From Mobula birostris (Eukaryota): DNA of 64,000 bases. Position 1 is the first letter of the stretch. The number at the start of each line of letters is the position of its first letter. The notes beneath the pieces were generated by a model. That model did no database searches. It was not told the DNA's origin and saw only the letters and a program-made list of their open reading frames with translations. Made by a program: the position numbers and the translations under genes. Positions 51,281 to 62,581 of this stretch are shown piece after piece. The stretch spans positions 14,033,820 to 14,097,819 of the forward strand of contig NC_092396.1 in assembly GCF_030028105.1 (NCBI RefSeq). The letters are read 5' to 3'.

Positions 51281-52039
51281 GCTAACCCTTGTTCAAACCA
51301 TTGGATTAAATGTAGTACAATATTCAGTCCCATAAAGCAAGAGTTAAGAGATTGATTTTAAGGGGAAGGTAAGTTTTTAAAAAAAGGAAAGGAACTGCCA
51401 TTTTTGATGCCCAAGTAAAGGACCCACAGAGTATTGAACCTGGAACTCAATATCCACTGGATAAATATCTAGCATTTAATATGTCTGTAACTTGCAAAGA
51501 GTTACTGAGAGATGCCATTGTTAAGAGGACAATGTTAGTGATCCTTGGGCTAGATGGAAGAGTGTAAGTAGCAATTCCTGCATGCTATCCTATCATTGCC
51601 TGATAACAATGGAAATAAAATAAATATTAGAAAAGATGTAGAGTTCATCCTTTAAATCAATACACTTGACAGCTTGTTTGTAATAGTCATACATTTAATA
51701 CTGACAATTTACACTGATCCAGAGTATAGCACCAATGAGCCTCATAGATCTTCCCTCAAAGGGATGTGATTCAAGCTCCGGTATATGCCCATGAAAATAA
51801 GGAAAACTGGAAGTAAATACTCTCAGCTCAAAACCTGCCAGCAGCCGTTACTTGATAATGATTGAGCTAAATTTATCTCTTAACCAAAACCAAACCAATC
51901 AAAATATTGCGTGTGCACTTGCTCCCTGCAGAGTATTTGCAGTGCCCTCATTCCCAGCAGGAGAGGAGCTCCTGTTTGCAGATAAAGAAAAACAAATTAA
52001 AAGGATCCTGAAAGCTAGTGCTGGAAATGTACTCTAAAT

Positions 52040-52596
52040 GACCACTGAGTGTATTTTCATGGTCTTCTGCTGTTGTAGCCCATTCGCTTCAAGGTTTGAC
52101 ATGTTCTGCAATTAGAGGTGCTCTTCTGCAAATCACTGCTGTAATGTTTGGCTGTTTGAGTTAATGTTGCCCTCCTGTCTGCTTGAACCAGTTTGGCCAT
52201 TCTTCTTTGACCTCTCTTATTAACAAGGCGGTTTTGCTCACAGAACTGTTGCTCACTGGATCTTTTTTCTTTCTTTCTATCTCTATCTCTCTCTATCTCT
52301 CTATCTATCTATCTATATATATATATATATATATATATATTCTCTGTAAACTCTGGAGACTGTTGTGCATGAAATTCCCAGGAGATCAGCACTGAGGTAC
52401 TTGAACAAAACCGTGTGGCATGAACAATTATTCCACAAAGTCACTTAGATCACATTTCTTCCCCATTCTGATGTTTGGTCTGAACCTCTTGACCAGGTCT
52501 GCATGCTTTTGTGCACTGAGTTTCTGCAACATGATTGGCTGATTAGTTATTTGCATTAATGAGCAGCTGTACCTAATAAATTGCTAACTGAGTGTA
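52040..52596. mobile_element. Tc1-derived non-autonomous element containing a (TC)/(TATC)/(TA) microsatellite at ~52275-52340
   Basis: Ends GTACCTAATAAATTGCTAACTGAGTG-TA (Tc1-type TIR plus TA); similar ACTGAGTGTA motif near 52045. Confidence 0.65.
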
Positions 52597-52856
52597 CCAT
52601 ATGACCGTCAACATCTGAGGGGGAGCTAGAGGAGATATCTTAATGGTAGATCTCCCTTTCAATTAAGCCTGTCATTACCAAACCTCACAAACTTAATGTT
52701 CAATTCCAATATTATCTGTTCCTCTTTTAGTCTAAGTGCAATGATAAAAACTGAGTAAATATAACTGACTCCTGTGCTTTAACTGGTTTAAAATAAAGTT
52801 ATCCATGACAATACACTAAGCGTTAAGTGAAGGAAGATACTGACTGCTAGAAATGA

Positions 52857-52998
52857 GTCAGTTAGTCCTGACGAAGGGTCTCGGCCTGAAACGTCGACTG
52901 CACCTCTTCCTACAGATGCTGCCTGGCCTGCTGCGTTCGCCAGCAACTTTGATGTGTATTGCTTGAATTTCCAGCATCTGCAGAATTCCTGTTGTTTG
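52857..52998 (+). mobile_element. Penelope-like pLTR (solo)
   Basis: High similarity to 42636-42738 and to 31643-31745. Confidence 0.85.
52864..52899 (+). ncRNA. Minimal type I hammerhead ribozyme motif with intact core; predicted cleavage after C52895
   Basis: AGTC (stem I) CTGACGA A GGGT-CTCG-GCCT (stem II) GAAA CG TC GACT (stem I'); helix III reduced to the palindrome ACGT, as in PLE-associated dimeric HHRs. Confidence 0.75.
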
Positions 52999-54815
52999 CT
53001 TTCAGGAATTCCTTGGGATTCCGGATGATTTTCATCCACTTTGGTTCTATGAGCTTTGAAATGACTTAAGGTCACTGTGTAACCACAGATTCTGCCATAA
53101 TTGGGGAATACGGTATGATGAAGCAAGGGATGCAGTTAGTTTGGGAGATGGTGTCCTCTTTCTTCTGTTTACAGTGGGATCTGTATGTCCCTGATGAATG
53201 TACTCAAGCTGTCAGTGCCTTTCTGAATACTTCATCTCTATTTTGAGTGGTCTTTGGTAGGGGATGGCCACATGCCAATGGGGATTTGCAAGGAGGCTTT
53301 CAAAACATTTTTGACCCAATTTTCTGTTCCTCCAGTAACCTCTGATGCCAGGATTACGAACAACATAACATGCCCATTGTTGCAATATCTGTCCAGTGCT
53401 TTAAGGTACTTGCTATAGATAATCCATAACCTCGAAGCATACAGGCAGTGATCACTGCTGTCCAGTAGACCATAAGCTTTGTGCTATTTATAGCATCCTT
53501 TCCTCAGATATTTAAAAATTGGTGTGCTGAAAGCAACAGTGTATTTCATCATTGGCAATGATTTTTGCTGAGAAATGGAAGGTGCACCACATTTTTCACA
53601 GCCTTGTCTTGAAAACCCCATTCTATCCTATGCTTCAATAGCCTCCAAACATGCAAATGTTGTCTCTGCATGACAGTATGATGACTAATGTTGCAATGGA
53701 GTTGGCACAGGTTGAACAATTGTGCATTTATCTGTAGATTAGCTGGACTCCAGCTTAAAGCTTGATGAAGTACGGCAGGAAAATCCAAGGAAGCTGTGGC
53801 AATGATGCAGTTTTGACACCAATGAGGTTGGGTTATTTGTGGACTTTTGGTTTAGAACGTAATCTCCATCAGCACAATTGCACCTCAAGGCTGTGTGTTT
53901 ACCCCCTGCTCTACTCACTTTGTACTTATGACTGTGAGGCTAAGTAATGCTTCAGTGCCATATTTAAGTTTGCTGATCACTGTTAATCACCAAATCAAAG
54001 TTGGCGGCAAATTGGCATGCAGGAGGGTGATTGAAAGTCTGACTGAGTAGTGCCACAACAACTTTTCACTCAATGTCAGCAACACCAAGGAGATAAGTAA
54101 TGAATTCAGGAGGAGGAAACCGTAGGTTCATGAGTGCCCTCATCAGGGGATCAAAGGTGGAGAGGATCAGCAATTTTAAATGCCTCAGTGTTATCATTTC
54201 AGAGTAGTTTTCCTGGGTCCAGCATGTAAATGTCATTATGAAGAAAGCACAGCAGCGCCTCTACTTCTTTAGAAGTTTGCAAAGATTCAGCATGACATCT
54301 AAAACTTTGACAAACTTCTGTAGATGTGTGGTGGAGAGTATATTGACTGGTTGCACCACGGCCTGGTATGGAAACAACAATGCCCTTGAACAGAAATTCC
54401 TGCAAAAGATAGTTGATATAGCCCAGTGCATCATGGGTAAAGTCCTCCCCAACATTGAGCACTTCTACATGGAGCACTGTCACAGGAAAGCAGCATCCGT
54501 CATCTAGGACCCCCACCACCCAGGCTATGCTCTCTTCTCACTGTTACCATCAAGGAGAAGGTATAGGAGCCTCAGGACCCACACCACCAGATTCAGGAAC
54601 AGTTATTACGACTTTCAAGAACTTTTCATCTCATGTTCTTGATATTTATTTTTTGTTTACTTTTTGTTTTCTTTTGCACTTGCACAGTTCGCTGTCTTTT
54701 GCACATTGGTTGTTCGTCTTGTTGGATGCAGTCTTTAATTGATTCTACTGTATTTCTTGAATTTACTATGTATGCCCGCAAGAAGATAAATCTCAGGGTT
54801 GTATGTGATGACATA

Positions 54816-56446
54816 CAGTGGCACACAAAAGTTTGAGCACCCATGGTCAAAAATCCTGTTACTGTGAATAGTTAAGTGAGTAGAAGATGAACTGATCTCC
54901 AAAAGTCATAAAGTTAAAGATGAAACATTCTTTTCAACATTTTAAGCAAGATTAGTGTATAATTTTTGTTTTGTACAATTTTAGAGTGGGGAGAAAAGGA
55001 AAGGAGTACCATGCAAAAGTTTGAGCACCCCAAGAGATTTGAGCTCTCAAATAACTTCTACCAAGGCCTCAGACCTTAATTAGCTTGTTAGGGCTATGGC
55101 TTGTTCACAGTCATCATTAGGAAAGGCCAACTGATGCAAATTTCAAAGCTTTATAAATCCCCTGACTCCTCAAACCCTATCCCAACAATCAGAAGCCATG
55201 GGCTCCTCTAAGCAGCTGCCTAGCACTCTGAAAATTTAAATAAAGGATGGCCACAAAGCAGAAGAAGGTTATAAGAAGATAGCAAAGCATTTTCAGGTAG
55301 CCGTTTCCTCAGTTCGTAATGTAATTGAGAAATGGCAGTTAACAGGAATGGTGGAGGTCAAGTTGAGGTCTGGAAGACCAAGAAAACTTTCCGAGAGAAC
55401 TGCTGATAGGATTTCGAGAAAGGCAAATCAAAACCCCCGTTTGACTGCAAAAGACCTTCAGGAAGATTTAGCAGATTCTGGAGTGGTGGTGCACTGTTCT
55501 ACCGTGCAGCGACACCTGCACAAATATGACCTTCATGGAAGAGTCATCAGAAGAAAACCTTCCCTGCATCCTCACCACAAAATTCAGCGTCAGACGTTTG
55601 CAAAGGAACATCTAAACAAGCCTTATGCATTTTGGAAACAAGTCTTGTGGGCTGATGAAGTTAAAATAAAACTTTTTGGCCACAATGAGCAAAGGTATGT
55701 TTGGAGAAAAAAGGGTGCAGAATTTCATGAAAAGAACCCCTCTCCAACTGTTAAGCACGGGGGTGGTTCGATCATGCTTTGGGCTTGTGTTGCAGCCAGT
55801 GGCACGGGGAACATTTCAGTGGTAGAGGGAAGAATGAATTGAATTAAATACCAGCAAATTCTGGAAGCAAACATCACACCGTCTGTTTAAAAAAAAAAAG
55901 CCGAAGATGAAAAGAGGATGGCTTCCACAACAAGATCATGAACCTAAACACACCTCAAAATCCACAATGGACTACCTCAAGAGGCGCAAGCTGAAGGTTT
56001 TGCCATGGCCCTCAAAGTTCCCCGACCTAAGTATCATCGAGAATCTGTGGATAGACCTCAAAAGAGCAGTGCATGCAAGACGGCCCAAGGATCTCACAGA
56101 ACTAGAAGCCTTTTGCAAGGAAGAATGGGTGAAAATCCCTGAAACAAGAATTGAAAGACTCTTAGCTGGCTACAGAAAGCATTTACAAGCTGTGATACTT
56201 GCCAAAGGGGTTATTACTAAGTACTGACCATGCAGGATGCCCAAACTTTTGCTTTGGGCCCTTTTTCTTTTTTGTTATTTTGAAACTGTAAAAGATGGAA
56301 ATAAAAATGTAATCTTGCTTAAAATATTAAAGAAATGTGTCATCTTTAACTTTATTCCTTTTGGAAATCAGGTTATCTTTTACTCACTTAGCTATTCACA
56401 GTAACAGAAATTTTGACTGGGGTGCCCAAACTTTTTCATGCCACTG
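54816..56446 (+). mobile_element. Full-length (1631 bp) Tc1 transposon, IR/DR type
   Basis: TIR CAGTGGCA..AAAAGTTTG.GCACCC with TA TSDs (54814-54815, 56447-56448); ~215 bp inverted ends with inner direct repeats (~55011-55030, ~56233-56252). Confidence 0.97.
55198..56227 (+). pseudogene. Tc1 DD34E transposase, inactivated
   Basis: RSGRPRK, WADEVKI, KHGGGSIMLWAC, QQDHEPKH-34 aa-IENLW; stops at 55237 and 55840; frameshift at the poly(A) run ~55889-55899. Confidence 0.95.
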
Positions 56447-56686
56447 TATATGTACATTGATAATAAATTTACTTTAAACTTTGAACTTTAATTTTGACAT
56501 CATTGTAGATATATGCTATACATTTCTGTGGGCACATAAGTTTGGAAAGAATGTTGCACGGCTTCTTGGGGTTGATGTCAACAATTTTTGTGAGATGTAG
56601 AATGACCATACATTGTAGTTAATGTTGCTCCCTGCATTTTTCTTGGAATTTTCTCAATGAAAATCATCATTAGTGTGGCTCTAGGT

Positions 56687-56766
56687 CAAGGGTTCCCAAC
56701 CTGGGATCCACAGACCCCTCAATTAAAGGTAGTATCCGTGGCATAAAAAGGGGTTAGGAGCACCTG
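56687..56766. mobile_element. hAT MITE in the left arm
   Basis: Perfect 8 bp TSD CTCTAGGT on both sides. Confidence 0.85.
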
Positions 56767-57484
56767 CTCTAGGTGAATAGAATCTATGTTGAAATTCAAG
56801 GAGCAATTTTCAGCCCTTGAGGAGGGGATTGAGAAAGACCATGAAGATGACTCTTTGCTTTCACAGACAGCAGTGAACGCGTTCTGTAGGTATCACAATC
56901 AGACTTGTCCCCCTTCTATGAGTGATGAAAATGTCAGGATTCCTGAGGTCACCCTCACACATTTTCATCTTTCCAGATATGCGAGGTGTGTTGTGAATTT
57001 GTTATTAAGGTTTCTCACTTCCACATTTTAGAACTTCAGCAAGAATGCTTGCATCTCTGAGGCCTTTTTGTTTTTCAGTTGTCACAGGATATTTTCAAGC
57101 TCTTGTTGGCTTTGGTTTCTGGTGAGACTGGGCTGGATAATTACTGCAGAATGGAGTCAAGGCCGCTCAGTCAAGATCAGTTTCAACCTGTTCTTTGGGT
57201 TGAGGGGTTTACTGCTGCTTGGTAAAGCTGTTTCTTTTCACTGGAAGAATAGTGGAGTTTCCAGTCTAGAAAATCCTTGTGTTTGTAGTTAATGGATCTC
57301 CCAGTAATTTTCACCAAACCAATCGTAATGTTTTTGGTAGCTTATGTTTGATCAGTCTGCCTCCCTTTTGGTACAAAAGATTTTTTTTCAAGATTGAAAT
57401 TATTTTATGCCGTGCCTGTTGCTTTCAGATTTGATGTTGGTGCATTGTTAAGAAGCTTACTGATTCCATGTTAGAGTGAACTGG

Positions 57485-57625
57485 AGAGTTGCAGAAACAA
57501 ATGAAAGTCCAGAAACGGGGATCAGAAACAAAGACAGAAATGCTAGGAGAACTCAGCCAATGAAATGGCTTCAGTGGAGGGGAAAATGGTGAATATTTCA
57601 GGCCAATAGCCCTTCCTTGGAACTG
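57485..57625 (-). mobile_element. Old Penelope-like pLTR remnant in the spacer of the inverted duplication
   Basis: AAATGCTAGGAGAACTCAGC...ATATTTCAGGCCAATAGCCCTTCC. Confidence 0.55.
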
Positions 57626-57699
57626 CTTAATTGGCTGAATTAGAATCATAGAGTCACAGAACACTAAAATACAAAAACCGTAAAGAGACCTGAGACCAC

Positions 57700-58875
57700 A
57701 GCAAACTGCTATAGAATGCTAGGATTGTTTTGATGAGAATTACTAGGAGATGCAGAAGGTATTAGCCACAAACACAAGGATTTCCTACACTGGAAACTCT
57801 GCTATGCCTCCAGTGAAAAGAAACAACTTTACCAAGCAACAGTAAACCTCTAACCCAAAGAACAGAGATTGGGTTGAAATAATGCTGACACTGTCGCAAA
57901 TTATTTATACCCATGATGGAGGTGATAGTGCCATTTCTGGTCCAAATGTGCAAGGCCCACACTGCTGGGATCTAGGAGCAAATGCACACTTCTTAAGGAC
58001 TGAGAAGCTGCTGGCCCCCTTTGGAAGGGGCACTTCAAAGAATTCCTCAACCATGACTCTGTTGTTGATTGAGCACCCTTGACTCCGTTCCAGTCCAGTC
58101 TCACCGCAAACCAAAACCAACAAGAGTTTGAAAATGTCCTAAAACAACTGAAAATCAATAAGGCCTCAGAGGTATAAGTATTCTTGCTGAAGTTCTAAAA
58201 TGTGGAAGTGAGGAACTTTAACAACAAATTCACAACTCACCTCATGTGTCTGGAAGGATGAGAATGTGCAAGGTCGACTTCAAGAATACTGAAATTTTCT
58301 TCATATTTCTGTCTGTGAAAGCAAAAGTCATCTGCATGGTCTTTCTAAATCCCATCCTCCTTGTGGCTTGAGAATTGTTCTTTGAATTTCAGCAGATTCT
58401 ATTCACCTAGAGCAGGGGGTCTCAATCTTTTTTATGCCAGTGAGCCTTGCCATTAACAGAGGGTTCCATAGACCCCAGGTTGGGAACCTCCAGGTCCCAA
58501 AGGTACACTGTTGATGATTTTCACTGAGACAATTCCAAGACAAATACAGGGAACATCATCAACCATAATGCATGGTCATTCTACATCTCACACAAATCAT
58601 TGATTCCATCAATCCAAAAAGCTCTGCAGCATTCTTTCCAAATTTGTGTGCCCACAGAAATGTATATCATATGTCTGTGATGGTGTGCCAGTCAAGATCT
58701 AAATTAATGGTCCACAAAAAGCTCAACCTCATTGTAGATTGGTGTCAAAGAAAACTATCATTTGCCACTGTTTTCTTGAATCTACTTGTTGCAGTTCACC
58801 AAGCTTTCTGCTGGAATGGAGCTAATCTACAGACAACTGCAAAATTGTTCAGTCTCTGCCAACTCCACTTCAAGT
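57700..58875 (+). mobile_element. Ancient RTE LINE fragment (right arm of the inverted duplication) containing a hAT MITE at ~58413-58491
   Basis: QEFENVLKQLKINKAS...ILAEVLKCG; RQFQDKYREHHQP...SILSKFVCPQKCI (RTE RT domains, decayed). Confidence 0.75.
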
Positions 58876-59299
58876 TTCTACCAAAATTTTTGTTTTTGAG
58901 CTGGAGGGAACCCTATCCCAAAGGCAGAGCCACTGAGATATCTCCCTATGAAGTTATCATTCCTCTTCCAGTTTGTCCTTCCGGAAGAAGATGTACCCAC
59001 CATGTTATTTTTTGAGTTAAGTCTCATTCGGGGCAACAGAATTCATGAATTTTGATAGCAAAGTGACAAACAGGTCTCTTGTTGCCATGTTATGTGAAGG
59101 TCCTGGTGTTCAATATCATATTAAGGAGTGGAAGTTGCCTATGCAGTATATCTTTTCAGGTAGGATAGCTGTTATACAGCCATCACTGAGTGGTACCCCC
59201 ACTACCAGTGGGCTGGATTATAAGGCAATGGGCTTGGGTCAACTGGTGGACACTATGAAAAGCCCATGGTCATGGCCACCTTTGGCCTACAGAACCCAC

Positions 59300-59590
59300 A
59301 CTGACCATCAAGTACCCACTTATGCTGATCCTGCAGCAATTCCATTTCATTCTTCCCACATTCAACTCTCTCCAGATTTTACCAATCAGCCGCACACCTG
59401 AGACAATTTACAGTGGCCAATTAAGCTACCAATCTGCATGTCTTTGTATCTGTGGGGAAATCATAGCAGCTATATGAAGTTTATGTGGCCATAGGTAGAA
59501 TGTGCAAACTCCACACAAACAGCAGGCAAGATCAGTATTAAATGTGGGTCGCAGGAGCTGTGAGGCACCGACACTATGATTGTGCTGCCC
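59300..59590 (-). mobile_element. V-SINE (HE1-like), decayed
   Basis: GACAATTTACAGTGGCCAATTAA...AGAATGTGCAAACTCCACACA. Confidence 0.65.
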
Positions 59591-59629
59591 CTCTTTCCTG
59601 CATGTTTGCCTAGCTTTCTGCCAATCCAT

Positions 59630-60052
59630 AATACCATAAGATATAGGGGCAGAGTCAGGCCATTTAGCCTGTCGAGTCTGTTCCACCATTTCATGATCCA
59701 TTTTCCCCCTTAGCCCCAATCTCCTGCCTTCGCCTGGTATCCGTTCATGCCCCAACTAATCAAGAATCTATCAGCATCTGCCTTAAATACACCCAATGAC
59801 CTGGCCTCCACAACCACCCTTGGCAACAAATTCCATAAATTCATCACTCTCTGGCTAAAGAAGTTCCTCTTTATGTATCCATTCTAAAAGGACACCCTTC
59901 TATTTTGAGGCTCTGTCCTCTGGTCTTTGCCTCCCACACCATAGAAAACATTCTCTCCACATCCCTTTCAACATATCAAGCCCTTTCAACATTCAATAGA
60001 TTTCATTAAGGTCATCCCTCATTCTTCTGAATTTCAGTGAATAGAGATCCAG
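59630..60052 (-). mobile_element. CR1 3' end
   Basis: ACCATAAGATATAGGGGCAGA tail; reverse-complement similarity to 12826-13230. Confidence 0.85.
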
Positions 60053-60793
60053 AATCTCACCTTCCTCACCTTACATTAACTGGCCTAGAACCTGAACCTC
60101 CCCCAGAGACAGTGTGGAAGCAAAAGCCCATATAATGACCTGACATCCACAGATGGCAGGACTTGCATAGCATGCCTGATGGTGGCCAATCAATTCATTG
60201 ACTCGAACACTCCAATCCCACCAGTTCTATTTCTCTCTTGGATCCTGGCACTTTATTCTCTCTGTCACAATTTCTCAGTTCCCCTTTGAGTTTTAAAAAA
60301 AAATTTTTAGTAGCCATTAAAACACCAGCACATGTTCAGAACCCTGTCTATGAAGGTAGATTCATCCTGTTTTAGTATCTCACCTGCCATCTTGTCTCAC
60401 ACCCTATCTTGTATTCACCACTCTTGCTTGAAGCAAGTGGAGAGACAAGGTTTGTGTATTGCCGCAGCTGTTAAAACTGGTGCTGTGCCAGCTCAATTTT
60501 ATTATTACAGCAATAAATCATGTTGTCCTGTTTGCATTTACCTGGATAATGGAGATAATTAATTCTGTTGAGAAAGAGTTGGTGACTTTGTGTGACATTT
60601 TCCTTTTGAAAAATCCTGCTTCTGATCTGATTTGATGATCTTCAGCAATGACATTGAAGTAGACATGAAAATAGCCATTTTCACCACGTTTTGCCTGTTT
60701 GCAGTGGCAATAGAGATGAATTGGGATGCTGATGTAGATGCAAAAGCCTGTAAAGAAATTCTAGGACTTGTGCCTGAATAAAATTTACTTAAG

Positions 60794-61024
60794 CAACGCA
60801 GACAAAATGCTGGCGGAACTCAGCAGGCCAGGCGGCATCTACGGAAAAGAGTAAATAGTCGCTGTTTCGTGCCAAGACCCTTCACCAGTGCTGATGAAGG
60901 GTCTTGGCACGAACCGTCCACTATTTACTATTTTCCATAGATGCTGCCTGGCCTGCTGAATTCCTCCGGCATTTTGTGTGTGTTGCTTTAAATTTCCAGC
61001 ACTGCAGATTTTCTCATGTTTAAG
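60794..61024. mobile_element. Penelope-derived fold-back: head-to-head pLTRs with ~98 bp arms
   Basis: Arms 60791-60888 / 60891-60988, each with an HHR-derived motif; 11 bp TSD ATTTACTTAAG (60783-60793 / 61025-61035). Confidence 0.9.
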
Positions 61025-62581
61025 ATTTACTTAAGGTAGTCTTCCTGCAATTTTCATTTTTACACATCTTCAATCAATATCGTAGCTTAAGATAAAATTC
61101 CACAGAATCAGTGCATGCATGTTTTATTCCCTTCAAGATTCAGATAAAGGGCTTTGTTAACTGTATATATGTCATAAAAACAAGAAATTCTATAGAGACT
61201 TTATCAGTTAGGCAGATGACATTTGAAGGCTGCTATAACTCCTGAATGCAGAGTTGTTTTGAAATATAATGTGTTTTACTTGTGTGATTGAACACTAGAT
61301 TACCAAAAACACTAAAGAATAACATAAAATTGCAAACCATTTGACTCTTGTGCTGCAAGATACTGTATAAGAGCTATCTGTGGTATCGTCAAAAGCACTG
61401 AGGCCTAGATATAATGATGTTTAAGCCTAATTATCTCGTGGTATGTTAGCATTGAGAAAGCATTTTCCTTGATCCATCTGTACGGTCATAATGGAATCTT
61501 GCACTCAATCACGTGTGTATGTTCCCTAATAATTTACAATGTAATTCAGTTTCCCATATACATAACTGGTTTCCACAATACCAGTGGTTGAAATACTGCA
61601 GGACAGATTGAAAAGATTCCTTTGTGTGAGCAGGATTCAATTGGCAATCTTTACTCTGACTGTTGGCTCCATCTAGGTTGCCTACAAGTTTGAACAGCCT
61701 ATTTCACACGTTCAAAGTATTAATTGTTTCTTTGAAAACCAATTACTACTGCAATTCATTAAAAGGAATTCTGGCAGTTATGTCTCCTTGAGTACCACTT
61801 CTGTGGAACTGAAAGCTAATGTGCAGTTAATGCTTTGACACATTTTTGGAACAAGCCCAATTTGTTTAGCAAAACCAGATTCTGTCAACTTTTTCTCTCC
61901 TCGTTGCTAACATGTATCCATAGCCATCCTAAAGTTATATCACTGAAGCATAAGCATATCTATGCATCAGGTCCATGTATGCACATAGTTTTTAATAGTA
62001 ATCATTTGACAGTATTAAAGTACAGGGAACTGGGCTGATTTTTTCCTCCAAGGTCCCTTGTCTCTCTCCCAGCGCACTCCTACTACTAGAAGGGCAATAC
62101 CCTTACTCACCAGATAACTTAATAAACAAATGTAGTTGGATTCCTAGCTTCAGTATTATACAGCCTTGGTCAGCTGAGAGCAAGGTTTCATTATGTTGTA
62201 AATAAATAATAGCAGTTAATTCTCATTTAGGAATTTCTGATCTGTAACTCCATTATACAATGCTCTTGGAAGAGGATGTCACTGCAGCAAGGTAAACATT
62301 TTAGAGAATGTTGTCAAAGCAAGTATAAAGCTATTATAAAATATAGTTTACCAGGAAGAAATTATGCAGTCCTTTACTGTTATCTTTCCTTGTTCCATAT
62401 ACTACATACTCTATTTGTTTGATCCTAATTTATTTAAAGTTAACGCATAATCTTTTCAATTTTTTAAAAATCTCTACAATTAGGGCTCTTTTTTCATCCT
62501 AGCTCTTCAATGAAAAGAATTTGCCACAAACATTCTCAGGAACGTCAGTGATCTAATTATTCTCTATATTTTAATTTTTAA

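Larger units (their letters stand above)
53860..56490 (+). mobile_element. Rex1-like LINE 3' portion with its tail split by Tc1
   Basis: APQGCV..PLLYSL.TYDC; IFKFAD; KKAQQRLYFFRSL...LTNFCRCVVESILTGC..AWYG; tail resumes at 56447 (TATATGTACATTGATAATAAATTTACTTT). Confidence 0.9.
53000..57350 (-). mobile_element. Ancient RTE LINE (left arm of an inverted duplication), split by Rex1+Tc1 (53860-56490) and a hAT MITE
   Basis: Decayed RTE motifs (TKLMVY near 53480; QLK.KKASE...LAEVLKCG near 57020-57085); inverted homology with 57700-58875. Confidence 0.7.
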
